From Antedon mediterranea (taxonomy: Eukaryota; Animalia; Echinodermata): DNA of 64,000 nt. The translations under genes and the position numbers were made by a program. Below are positions 1-12,555 of this stretch, piece after piece. The stretch is from positions 25,482,001-25,546,000 of the forward strand of contig NC_092674.1 in assembly GCF_964355755.1 (NCBI RefSeq), given 5' to 3'. How positions within the stretch are numbered: the first letter of the stretch is position 1; the number at the start of each line of letters is the position of its first letter. The notes below the pieces were generated by a model. The model had not been told where the DNA came from. It searched no databases and saw only the letters and a program-made list of their open reading frames with translations.

Positions 1-393
1 TTAACAGCATGCAAATCTATCACTGATTTAAGCTTCCATAGGTGTTTTCAATTCAAGGACCTACAATTTCTCAGCATCAAAATGTGTAATTTTTTAACAG
101 ATAAAGGACTCCATTCCGTTACTTTTAACAATCCAGCATTGCAGATGTTAGACATAAGTCATTGTCACCAAATCACTGACATAGGCTTAGCTTACGTGGC
201 TAAGAAGCTCAGCCGTCTTATAACATTACATATGTCAAATTTAGACTTGGTGACCAACGCTACACTGGAGCTTATCTCAATCTATAATCTAAGGCTCAAT
301 AAAATTGATGTGTCTTTATGTCGTAAAATTACAGTTTCGGCCGTACAGAGGCTGCAAACAAAGTTAGTTGCGCTTAAAGTTGTAAACATGTGA
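1..393 (+). CDS. 3' end of leucine-rich-repeat (F-box/LRR, cysteine-containing LRR-like) protein, 5' partial
   Basis: Frame is open from base 1 (LTACKSITDLSF...) to TGA at 391-393. Repeated LxxLDISxCxxITDxGL motifs (LDISHCHQITDIGL, IDVSLCRKIT). Confidence 0.75.
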   Translation, partial: LTACKSITDLSFHRCFQFKDLQFLSIKMCNFLTDKGLHSVTFNNPALQMLDISHCHQITDIGLAYVAKKLSRLITLHMSNLDLVTNATLELISIYNLRLNKIDVSLCRKITVSAVQRLQTKLVALKVVNM

Positions 394-1332
394 ATGATGC
401 AGATCTATAGCATCTATAGCTGTACAGTTGCGACAATTCCACCCCATATATCCCATCAGGAGTTTTCAAAAGCTTCTCCCTTTTTAAGGCTAAAATGATG
501 ATCTGACTTTTTATCTGTCGCAGTCTATTCATTTTTTTTCACTGCCATGTTTGAAAGTTGATCAACATTGTTTACTTTCTTGACAAACAATTTCCAACAT
601 GTGACTGCGTAAATTTAGAAATGAAATCAAAGATCGTAGTAATGAAAACACACTCTTACCTTATCATCTTCAATAGAAAGTCTGACAAATACTATATTAT
701 CTATCTCTATTACAATTTACATATGGATATATGTTAACATAATGATTATATATTGGACAATATTATTTAATTTAAGGACTATTTATATTTGAAGGATAAT
801 ACATTTTGAGGACAAAATACTAGGAAATGGCGAAACCAGTTGTCAATAATGAATTGGGTATCAAAGCATAAAAAAACTGTTTAGGGCGCTAGTTTATTAT
901 ACTATGTCGTTTTTTGTTAAATCTATACCTAACTCGGAAATTTTTTTAGTGACGTCATCCCGGTTCACACCGTTTACCTTTCTTTTATAAATGTTTGTAA
1001 ATACCCAGTGTTGGTTGACTCCTTAACTTAATTACTAAATAATTTAATTGTTAATTATTACTCAAAAAAAGGTATAATATTTATTATATTATAATTTATA
1101 ATTTATTTTATTGATATATCACATATAATGATATGACTTTTAACTTGAGAAAAGAGAATAAATACTTCAATAAAAATTAATAAAATCAAGATTTTTTTTA
1201 TCAAATTATTTTATATTTCATTCACTTGTCATCAGATCATCGAATAAAAAATAACTTATTGTCTAAAGGCCATCTTGGCGTTTCATAGTATGGGGAGGCT
1301 ACTAGTACTTTAGATATGCATAATGCGGAGGT

Positions 1333-4300
1333 ATATTCAGAGCGTCATTTCGACGATGGAGCATTCTCTACTTCTACGGAGCGCCATTTATGCCTTTATT
1401 TACTTCCGAATTAGAAATAGTACTACGGTAACTGCTCCAGTGGACCAAATTTAGCACCGGTGGAGCACAGTGATATAAAATAGAAATAAGTCACTAATTT
1501 TAATATCTTTTCGTATGTAAATACACTGTGCTCAAGTGGACACAATTTGGCGCCAGTGAGGAGCACAGTGATATAAAATAGAAATAAGTCACTGAATTTT
1601 AATATCTGTTCGTATGTTGATAACACTGTGCTCAAGTGGACACAATTTGGAGCTAGGGGAGCACAATGATATAAATAGAAATAAATCACTGAATTTTAAT
1701 ATCTTTTCGTATGTTAATACACTGTGCTCAAGTGGACCCAATTTGGAGCCAGGGGAGCACAATGATATAAAATAGAAATAAATCACTGAATTTTAATATT
1801 TTTTCGTATGTTAATACACTGTGCTCAAGTGGACCAAATTTGGCGCCAGGAGAGCACAGTGATATAAAATAGAAATAAGTCACTGAATTTTAATATCTTT
1901 TCGTATGTTAATACACTGAGCTCACGTGGACCCAATTTGGAGCCAGGGGAGCACAGTGATATAAAATTGAAAAAAAGTCACTGAATTTTAATATCTTTTC
2001 GTATGTTGATAACACTGTGCTCAAGTGGAACCAATTTGGAGCCAGGGGAGCACAGTGATATAAATAGAAATAAATCACTGAATTTTAATATCTTTTCGTA
2101 TGTTAATACACTGTGCTCAAGTGGACCAAATTTGGCGCCAGGAGAGCACAGTGATATAAAATAGAAATAAGTCACTGAATTTTAATATCTTTTCGTATGT
2201 TAATACACTGTGCTCAAGTGGACCCAATTTGGAGCCAGGGGAGCACAGTGATATAAAATTGAAAAAAAGTCACTGAAATTTAATATCTTTTCGTATGTTA
2301 TTACACTGTGCTCAAGTGGACCCAATTTGGCGCCAGGAGAGCACAGTGATATAAAATAGAAATAAGTCACTGAATTTTAATATCTTTTCGTATGTTAATA
2401 CACTGTGCTCAAGTGGACCCAATTTGGAGCCAGGGGAGCACAATGATATAAAATAGAAATAAATCACTGAATTTTAATATTTTTTCGTATGTTAATACAC
2501 TGTGCTCAAGTGGACCCAATTTGGAGCCAGGGAGCACAGTGATATAAAATAGAAAAAAGTCACTGAATTTTAATATCTTTTCGTATGTTAATACACTGTG
2601 CTCAAATGGACCTAATTTGGCGCCAGTGGAGCACAGTGATATGAAATAGAAATAAGTCACTAATTTTAATATATTTTCGTATGTTAATATACTGTGCTCA
2701 AGTGGACCTAATTTGGCGCCAGTGGAGCACAGTGATATGAAATAGAAATAATTCACTGAATTTTAATATCTTTTCGTATGTTAATACACTGTGCTCAAGT
2801 GGACCCAATTTGGAGCCAGGGGAGCACAGTGATATAAAATTGAAAAAAAAAGTCACTGAATTTTAATATCTTTTCGTATGTTATTACACTGTGCTCAAGT
2901 GGCCCCAATTTGGAGCCAGGGAGCACAGTGATATAAAATAGAAAAAAGTCACTGAATTTTAATATCTTTTTGTATGTTAATACACTGTGCTCAAGTGGAC
3001 ACAATTTGAAGCCAGGGGAGCAAAGTGATATAAATAGAAATAAGTCCGCGAATTTTAATATCTTTTCGTATGTTAATACACTGTGCTCAAATGGACCTAA
3101 TTTGGCGCCAGTGGAGCACAGTGATATGAAATAGAAATAAGTCACTAATTTTAATATATTTTCGTATGTTAATACACTGTGCTCAAGTGGACCTAATTTG
3201 GCGCCAGTGGAGCACAGTGATATGAAATAGAAATAAGTCACTGAATTTTAATATCTTTTCGTATGTTAATACACTGTGCTCAAGTGGACCCAATTTGGAG
3301 CCAGGGGAGCACAGTGATATAAAATAGAAATAAGTCACTGAATTTTAATATCTTTTCGTATGTTATTACACTGTGCTCAAGTGGACCCAATTTGGAGCCA
3401 GGGAGCACAGTGATATAAAATAGAAACAAGTCACTGAAGGTTAATATCTTTTTGTATATTAATACACTGTGCTCAAGTGGACACAATTTGGATCCAGGGG
3501 AGCACAGTGATATAAAATAGAGAAAAGTCACTGAATTTTAATATTGTTTCGTATGTTAATACACTGTGCTCAAGTGGACCCAATTTGGAGCCAGTGGAGC
3601 ACAATGATGATATAAAATAGAAAAAAGTCACTGAATTTTAATATCTTTTCGTATGTTAATACACTGTGCTCAAGTGGACCCAATTTGGCGCCAGGAGAGC
3701 ACAGTGATATAAAATAGAAATAAGTCATTGAATGTTAATATATTTTCGTATGTTAATACACTGTGCTCAAGTGGACCTAATTTGGCGCCAGTGGAGCACA
3801 GTGATATAAATAGAAATAATTCACTGAATTTTAATATCTTTTCGTATTTAATATACACTATGCTCAAGTGGACCCAATTTGGAGCCAGGGGAGCACAGTG
3901 ATATAAAATTGAAAAAAAAAGTCACTGAATTTTAATATCTTTTCGTATGTTATTACACTGTGCTCAAGTGGCCCCAATTTGGAGCCAGGGAGCACAGTGA
4001 TATAAAATAGAAAAAAGTCACTGAATTTTAATATCTTTTTGTATGTTAATACACTGTGCTCAAGTGGACACAATTTGAAGCCAGGGGAGCAAAGTGATAT
4101 AAATAGAAATAAGTCCGCGAATTTTAATATCTTTTCGTATGTTAATACACTGTGCTCAAATGGACCTAATTTGGCGCCAGTGGAGCACAGTGATATGAAA
4201 TAGAAATAAGTCACTAATTTTAATATATTTTCGTATGTTAATACACTGTGCTCAAGTGGACCTAATTTGGCGCCAGTGGAGCACAGTGATATGAAATAGA

Positions 4301-6032
4301 AATAAGTCACTGAATTTTAATATCTTTTCGTATGTTAATACACTGTGCTCAAGTGGACCCAATTTGGAGCCAGGGGAGCACAGTGATATAAAATAGAAAT
4401 AAGTCACTGAATTTTAATATCTTTTCGTATGTTATTACACTGTGCTCAAGTGGACCCAATTTGGAGCCAGGGAGCACAGTGATATAAAATAGAAATAAGT
4501 CACTGAAGGTTAATATCTTTTTGTATATTAATACACTGTGCTCAAGTGGACACAATTTGGATCCAGGGGAGCACAGTGATATAAAATAGAGAAAAGTCAC
4601 TGAATTTTAACATTGTTTCGTATGTTAATACACTGTGCTCAATTGGACCCAATTTGGAGCCTGTGGAGCACAATGATGATATAAAATAGAAAAAAGTCAC
4701 TGAATTTTAATATCTTTTCGTATGTTAATACACTGTGCTCAAGTGGACCCAATTTGGCGCCAGGAGAGCACAGTGATATAAAATAGAAATAAGTCATTGA
4801 ATGTTAATATATTTTCGTATGTTAATACACTGTGCTCAAGTGGACCTAATTTGGCGCCAGTGGAGCACAGTGATATAAAATGGAAAAAGTCACTGAATTT
4901 TAATATCTTTTCGTATTTAATATACACTATGCTCAAGTGGACCCGATTTGGAGCCAGAGGAGCACTGTGATATAAAATAGAAATAAGTCACTGAATTTTA
5001 ATATCTTTTCGTATGTTAATACACTGTGCTTACGTGGACCCAATTTGGCGCGCCAGCCAGTGAGCACAGTAATATAAAATAGAAAAAAGTCACTAAATTT
5101 TAATATCTTTTCGTATGTTAATACACTGTGCTCAAGTGGACACAATTTGAGCACAGTGTATTAACATACAAAAAGATATTAACCTTCAGTGACTTATTTC
5201 TATTTTATATCACTGTGCTCCCTGGCTCCAAATTGGGTCCACTTGAGCACAGTGTAATAACATACGAAAAGATATTAAAATTCAGTGACTTATTTCTATT
5301 TTATATCACTGTGCTCCCCTGGCTCCAAATTGGGTCCACTTGAGCACAGTGTATTAACATACGAAAAGATATTAAAATTCAGTGACTTATTTCTATTTCA
5401 TATCACTGTGCTCCACTGGCACCAAATTAGGTCCACTTGAGCACACAGTGTATTAACATACGAAAAGATATTAAAATTAGTGACTTACAGTATTTGTATT
5501 TGATATCACTGTGCTCCACTGGCGCCAAATTAGGTCCATTTGAGCATAGTGTATTAACATACGAAAATATATTAACATTCAGTGACTTATTTCTATTTTA
5601 TATCACTGTGCTCCCCTGGCGCCCAATTGGGTCCACTTGAGCACAGTGTATTAACATACGAAAAGATATTAAAATTCAGTGACTTATTTTTATTTTATAT
5701 CACTGTGCTCCCCTGGCTCCAAATTGGGTCCACTTGAGCACAGTGTATTAACATACGAAAAGTTATTAAAATTCAGTGACTTATTTCTATTTCATATCAC
5801 TGTGCTCCACTGGCGCCAAATTAGGTTCACTTGAGCACAGTGTATTAACATACGAAAATATATTAAAATTAGTGACTTATTTCTATTTTATATCACTGCG
5901 CTCCAGAGTGCTAAATTTGGTCCACTGGAGCAGCTACCGTAGTACTATTTCTATTTCGTAAATAAATAAAGGCATAAATGGCGATCCGTAGAAGTAGAGA
6001 ATGCTCGATCGTCGAAATGACGCTCTGAATAT
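1333..6032. mobile_element. Foldback-type element with long modular inverted arms built of a 97-bp satellite
   Basis: About 100 bp of unique terminal sequence at 1333 (atattcagagcgtcatttcgacg...) is the reverse complement of the end at 6032 (...cgtcgaaatgacgctctgaatat). Satellite orientation flips at about 5135-5146. Flanks taatgcggag (1321-1330) and taatgcgaag (6033-6042) resemble a 9-10 bp TSD. Confidence 0.85.
1432..5935. repeat. 97-bp tandem satellite (about 38 units in one orientation, about 8 inverted) with a 1069-bp higher-order duplication
   Basis: Unit ctgtgctcaagtggacccaatttggagccaggggagcacagtgatataaaatagaaataagtcactgaattttaatatcttttcgtatgttaataca. 2795-3863 is nearly identical to 3864-4932 (identical ORF translations offset by 1069 bp). 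Confidence 0.95.
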
Positions 6033-6520
6033 TAATGCGAAGGGGCCAGGCCCAGCCCAGTGGTGTCTCATTTGGCTAGGCCCGTAGTAGAAGGCTAAAA
6101 AACCTGACTGAAGCTAGCTAAGGGTAGACTAGCCTACCAAACCATACAGGCACAGAGGCATGGTGACATCACAAATCAGCCCAGACTGGGTCTGAACGAG
6201 AGTAGCCCAACTACTACTACTAGAATTCTGTACTGAGTTTTAATAATTTATAAGGCTGAAATAAATGCCTGGGCTAGCTAGGCTAGCTTGATCCTCTGTG
6301 GTGTACCGAACAGGAGCATATATATAGCACACACAAAATAAATTTCCACAAGCCCCTACCAAATTTGACAGCAAACAAACCATTTTTTTTTTAATTTTTG
6401 ACTATTGAACTCCAAAATAATTCATAGATTCAACCTCAAGATTATTTATTTAAACTTACAAACTTTGCATTATTTATGGTTATAATCGAATTTACAATTT
6501 TGTCCTGATTATTTTGTTAG

Positions 6521-8605
6521 ATACTCGCCTGAATTGATGGCACATGTTCATATAATCTTACAAGACCTTCTGATCCTCATCAGCCGAGACTGACCGCTCA
6601 ACTGACCATTATTGACAAACACCAGCCAAAAAAAGAAAAACAGAACATTGATGATCCTTCACAGAAGAGTTCTCTGGCAATGCAAGAGGACAATAAATCA
6701 TCTCAAATGCAAAGCAGTCAGTATGTGTGTCCGTCCATCAGTCAACAAATTGATGGCACAGAAAAAATGGAAACACGAGCACAACAGAACACTGATGATC
6801 TACCAGAGAAGAGTTCTCTACTGGCTATGCAAGAGAACGATAAATCATCTCAAATGCAAAGCAGTCAGTATGTGTGTCTGTCCATCAGTCAGCAAACTGA
6901 TTGCACAGAAAAAATGGAATCACAAGCACAACAGAACACTGATGATCTACCAGAGAAGAGTACTCTGGCTATGCAAGAGAACAATAAATCATCTCAAATG
7001 CAAAGCAGTCAGTATGTGTGTCCGTCCACCAGTCAACAAACTGATGACACAATCAAGAAGAGTCTACTAGAAAGACTTAAGTTGTTTATCATGAAACTAC
7101 CGGTTGATGCCATCGTTCTACATCCAAATGCTGCAGAACTGTTTTGTAATTATGCAAGTGAATCAGGTTTACATACTGAATTCAGTTTTACAGAAAGGAA
7201 GTATACAGTTACCATGACAAAATTAAAGAAAGTGAAAAAGAAGAAAACAAATGTTCGAACACACCCTGTTTGGATATGTACCTTATACTTTGAAGATGTA
7301 TTAATCTGCTCCTCTGAAAATTTTGACAAAGTTGAGGCTAAACAAGACTGTGTTGTTGATGCTATAAACATTTTGATGCAACCAGACCTTCACATAAATA
7401 AAGTTGACAGTGCAGATTGGTGCAAGCACACATCTGAACTTGTGGTTGGTAAACTAGATGAAGAGAGTAATTTGTTTGTGAATGAATGTGAACACAGTGG
7501 CACAGAGAAGGCATACATGAATTATACTTCAATGAAGATTACATCTGGTATTGGCATGGAGATGATAAGGAAAATGGGATGGTCTGGTAATGGTGGTCTT
7601 GGTAAATATGAACAAGGTATCATTGAACCAATTTCATTCGTTCGACAAAGGAAATTTCGAGAAGGTTTGGGGTTTCCAGTTAAATCTGTTATTAAATTCA
7701 AGAACAAAACAAACTCTAAATTAACCAACAAACTTTATAATGGTAACCAAAGGAATCAGAAGAACCTTTTAGATGTTATTTTTAGTGAGCCTATAAATAC
7801 TCCTTTAGAGAATGTTGCAGAGACAAGGTCTTCAGATATTGAAAGTAAACCATTGCATTTTACACAATTTAAATCCTATTCAAAAACAACAAAGAATACT
7901 AGTGGGTTTGGTGCTTTTACTATCATTGAATCTGTAGATAATAATGCTGCCTCAGTGCTCATGAATTCAGCGAAAATTAATAAAGTTGCCATCCTGTTGG
8001 AAATTTCAACCATTCCTATTAAATATAGAGGAGAAATTGGGTATTTAGGTACATTGACACTTAGTGACATTGTAGTGGCTTGTGTTGTTCATGAAGATGA
8101 AAAGAAAGTTAAACAATGTGTTGCTGAAAAGTCACTGAAGAAGTTAAAAGCGTGTTGCTATACTCGGAAAAACGGATATTATCAATATTATAACACTGAA
8201 CATTTAAGTAATGTTTCCATGGAAACTAAACAATTTGATGAAGGTTATCTTAATACTAACAGACGTGTGAAAGAACCATTGGTTGAAGAATCATGCAACC
8301 GTAGTGCTGTTACTGATGATGCCAGTCTGTTAACTGAAGATGCCTTGAGAGAAACGGTGAAACAGTCCAGTCCAGACAGTGACTTGGTATTTACTTCTCA
8401 ACTGAGCAGTGCACATTTGAAAGTTATTCATGATACAGGCACAACATTTAAGTTGAATAGTAAATCTTATGGAAATGGTGATGATAACAAATTTGTTGTT
8501 AGTCGTAAAAGAGATGCTCAGCAGTTTGCAGAGTTTATACCAAAGATAGGTGGTAGTACCATACAAGAACATACTCTGGTACCTCAAGAAAAAATGATTT
8601 GGTAA
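6521..8605 (+). CDS. NKRF-like terminal-exon paralog 1 (dsRBM-like, G-patch, dsRBM-like, R3H); frameshifted near the acceptor, 641-aa ORF from ATG 6680
   Basis: Acceptor ttttgttag|a tac tcg cct gaa ttg atg (YSPELM). A 2-bp insertion (gttcatataat vs gttgataat in paralog 2) breaks the frame before 6680. G-patch ITSGIGMEMIRKMGWSGNGGLGKYEQGIIEPI; R3H-like DLVFTSQLSSAHLKVIHDTGTTFKLNSKSYG. Confidence 0.75.
6640..7060 (+). repeat. Three in-frame ~141-144 bp tandem repeats at the start of paralog 1
   Basis: AMQE(D/N)xKSSQMQSSQYVCxSxSQQ occurs three times in the translation. Confidence 0.85.
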
Positions 8606-8868
8606 AGTTTGCTCAAAGTCAATTTTGCATGGTTTTTTTTCAAGTCAGGTAGTCCCAGAGTTTTGATCTATTACTGAGGATAAGATATAGCATTAATTTT
8701 AGAATACTGTACTACAATAGTATTTTACTTCAGTAGGTGATAGCCTTGCTACATAATATAAAATGATAGTATGATGATGGTACAGTATAACACTTTACCG
8801 CCGTAGATTAGTAGACCTGATGTTCACATAATTTTAATAAAATATACCTTTTTATTTTTTTATTGTAG

Positions 8869-10675
8869 GCATTCACCAGAATTAATTGCAGATGTTGATA
8901 ATCTTGCAAGAGCTTCCAATTCTCATCAGCAGAGACTAACTGATCAACTGACCATTATAGACAAGCACAATCACCAATCAAACATGGAAACATCAGCACA
9001 CCAGCACAGCATGGACGCTAACCATCTTCCAGGAAAAAGCTACCCACCGGAAATGCATGCAAATAACGAATCGTCTCAAGGGCAAAGCAGTCAGTATGTG
9101 TGTCTGTCCACCAGTCAACAAACTGATGGCACAATAAAAGAAAGACTCAAGTTGTTCATTGCGAAACTACGAGTTGATGTCAACACTCTACATCCAAATG
9201 CTGCAGAACTGTTTTGTAATTATGCAATTGAATCAGGTTTACATACTGAATTCAGTTTTACAGAAAGGAAGTATACAGTTACCATGACAAAATTAAAGAA
9301 AGTGAAAAAGAAGAAAACAAATGTTCGAACACACCCTGTTTGGATATGTACCTTATACTTTGAAGATGTATTAATCTGCTCCTCTGAAAATTTTGACAAA
9401 GTTGAGGCTAAACAAGACTGTGTTGTTGATGCTATAAACATGTTGATGCAACCAGACCTTCACATAAATAAAGTTGACAGTGCAGATTGGTGCAAGCACA
9501 CATCTGAACTTGTGGTTGGTAAACTAGATGAAGAGAGTAATTTGTTTGTGAATGAATGTGAACACAGTGGCACAGAGAAGACATACATGAATTATACTTC
9601 AATGAAGATTACATCTGGTATTGGCATGGAGATGATAAGGAAAATGGGATGGTCTGGTAATGGTGGTCTTGGTAAATATGAACAAGGTATCATTGAACCA
9701 ATTTCATTCGTTCGACAAAGGAAATTTCGAGAAGGTTTGGGGTTTCCAGTTAAATCTGTTATTAAATTCAAGAACAAAACAAACTCTAAATTAACCAACA
9801 AACTTTATAATGGTAACCAAAGGAATCAGAAGAACCTTTTAGATGTTATTTTTAGTGAGCCTATAAATACTCCTTTAGAGAATGTTGCAGAGACAAGGTC
9901 TTCAGATATTGAAAGTAAACCATTGCATTTTACACAATTTAAATCCTATTCAAAAACAACAAAGAATACTAGTGGGTTTGGTGCTTTTACTATCATTGAA
10001 TCTGTAGATAATAATGCTGCCTCAGTGCTCATGAATTCAGCGAAAATTAATAAAGTTGCCATCCTGTTGGAAATTTCAACCATTCCTATTAAATATAAAG
10101 GAGAAATTGGGTATTTAGGTACATTGACACTTAGTGATATTGTAGTGGCTTGTGTTGTTCATGAAGATGAAAAGAAAGTTAAACAATGTGTTGCTGAAAA
10201 GTCACTGAAGAAGTTAAAAGCGTGTTGCTATACTCGGAAAAACGGATATTATCAATATTATAACACTGAACATTTAAGTAATGTTTCCATGGAAACTAAA
10301 CAATTTGATGAAGGTTATCTTAATACTAACAGACGTGTGAAAGAACCATTGGTTGAAGAATCATGCAACCGTAGTGCTGTTACTGATGATGCCAGTCTGT
10401 TAACTGAAGATGCCTTGAGAGAAACGGTGAAACAGTCCAGTCCAGACAGTGACTTGGTATTTACTTCTCAACTGAGCAGTGCACATTTGAAAGTTATTCA
10501 TGATACAGGCACAACATTTAAGTTGAATAGTAAATCTTATAGAAATGGTGATGATAACAAATTTGTTGTTAGTCGTAAAAGAGATGCTCAGCAGTTTGCA
10601 GAGTTTATACCAAAGATAGGTGGTAGTACCATACAAGAACATACTCTGGTACCTCAAGAAAAAATGATTAGGTAA
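8869..10675 (+). CDS. NKRF-like terminal-exon paralog 2 (open reading frame; chimera of paralogs 3 and 1)
   Basis: Acceptor tttttattgtag|g cat tca cca gaa tta att (HSPELIADV), in frame with ORF 8984-10675. Body is nearly identical to paralog 1 at a 2070-bp offset. Confidence 0.8.
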
Positions 10676-10938
10676 AGTTTGCTCAAAGTCAATTTTGCAT
10701 GGTTTTTTTTCAAGTCAGGTAGTCCCAGAGTTTTGATCTATTACTGAGGATAAGATATAGCATTAATTTTAGAATACTGTACTACAATAGTATTTTACTT
10801 CAGTAGGTGATAGCCTTGCTACATAATATAAAATGATAGTATGATGATGGTACAGTATAACACTTTACCGCCGTAGATTAGTAGACCTGATGTTCACATG
10901 ATTTTAATAGAATATACCTTTTTATTTTTTTATTGTAG

Positions 10939-12555
10939 GCATTCACCAGAATTAATTGCAGATGTTGATAATCTTGCAAGAGCTTCCAATTCTCATCAGC
11001 AGAGACTAACTGATCAACTGACCATTATAGACAAGCACAATCACCAATCAAACATGGAAACATCAGCACACCAGCACAGCATGGACGCTAACCATCTTCC
11101 AGGAAAAAGCTACCCACCGGAAATGCATGCAAATAACGAATCGTCTCAAGGGAAAAGCAGTCAGTATGTGTGTCTGTCCACCAGTCAACAAACTGATGGC
11201 ACAATCAAAGAAAGACTCAAGTTGTTCATTGCGAAACTACGAGTTGATGTCAACGCTCTACATCCAAATGCTGCAGAACTGTTTTGTAATTATGCAATTG
11301 AATCAGGTTTACATACTGAATTCAGTTTTACTGAAAGGAAGTATACTGTTACCATGACAACATTAAAGAAAAGGAAAACGAAGAGGAAACAAAATGTTAG
11401 AATACACCCTGTTTGGATATGTACCTTATACATTGAAGATGTGTTCATCTGCTCTGCTGAAAATTTCAACAAAATTGAGGCTAAACAAGAATGTGTTTTT
11501 GATGCTATAAGGAAGATTACCTCAGGAACTGGAATGGATATCATAAAGAAAATGCGATGGTCTGGTAAAGCTCGTAAAAAGAAACGAGGCATCAGGAAAC
11601 AAATGTCATCATCTCAAGAATGGCAATTCCGTAAAAGTTTAGGGTTTTCTGCTGAATCTGTAGATGTTTGTTTTAGTGAGCCTATTAATACTCCCTTTGC
11701 ATTGTGTAATCCTCCTAAAACATGGGATTTTAACAAAATCTATTCTAAAACAAAAAAGAATACTAGTAGTAGGTTTGGCGATTTTATTATCATTGAATCC
11801 GACATTCACCACAAGAGTAACATTGCTGTACTAAGAAATTCAGCGAAAATTAATAAAGTCCGCATTCTGTTAGAAATGTCCACCATTCCTGTTAAATATA
11901 AAGGTAACATCGGGTATTTAGGCATATTGAAACTTTCGGAGCTTTTAGTGGCTTCTGTTGTTCATAATGATGAAAAGAAAGTTGAAGATGTTGTTGCTCG
12001 GAAGTCACTGCAGAAATTAAAAGCTTGTTGCTACACTCTGAGGACACTCAAGTCTGATGAATATGACACTGGACAAAGCAATATTGTCAACTTGCAAACT
12101 ATACAAAATCTTGGACAACATATCTGACAAGTACTCCAAAAATGGATGTGCAGCCTTCCATGAAAACTGAAGAAATTGATGAAGATGATCTTGACAGTAA
12201 CAGTGATTTGGAAGAACCATTGGTAAAAAAATCACGCAACCATTATATTGGTGCCCCTCCGTTGACCGAGGATGCCTTAAGGGAAATGGTGAAACGCTAT
12301 GCTGTTGGACAAGAAGAAGAGGACTTGGTATTTACTTCTCAATTGAGTAGGATGGAGAGAAAAATAATCCAAAATACATGCAATAAATTCAGGTTGAAGA
12401 GTAGATCTTATGGCAAAGATGATGATAACAGATTTATTGTTGTCAGTCGTAGAAGAGATGCTCAGCAGTTGGCAGAGTTTGTAGATAAGAAAGGTGGTAG
12501 TACCCTACAACATACACTTGTTCCTCCACAAATGTTGTGTAATGTAGAAAAATAA
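10939..12555 (+). pseudogene. NKRF-like terminal-exon paralog 3; degenerate G-patch, frameshift before the R3H domain
   Basis: Same acceptor as paralog 2 at 10939. ORF stops at 12127; R3H (DLVFTSQLSRMERKIIQNTCNKFRLKSRSYG) continues in another frame at 12142-12555. Confidence 0.7.

Noticed and set aside
1261-1332. Possible remnant of an XTBD exon upstream of the paralogs (ctaaaggccatcttggc)
   Set aside because: Only a few bases resemble exon 1; no sustained peptide similarity.
1423-5961. Many short ORFs and a CRISPR-like repeat/spacer appearance
   Set aside because: The ORFs are translations of a 97-bp satellite. The linkers are near-identical variants rather than unique spacers, there are no cas genes, and the context is eukaryotic.
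6612-7070. 152-aa overlapping ORF and the antisense ORFs over the NKRF-like exons
   Set aside because: Alternative-frame shadows of repeated or coding sequence with no recognisable motifs.
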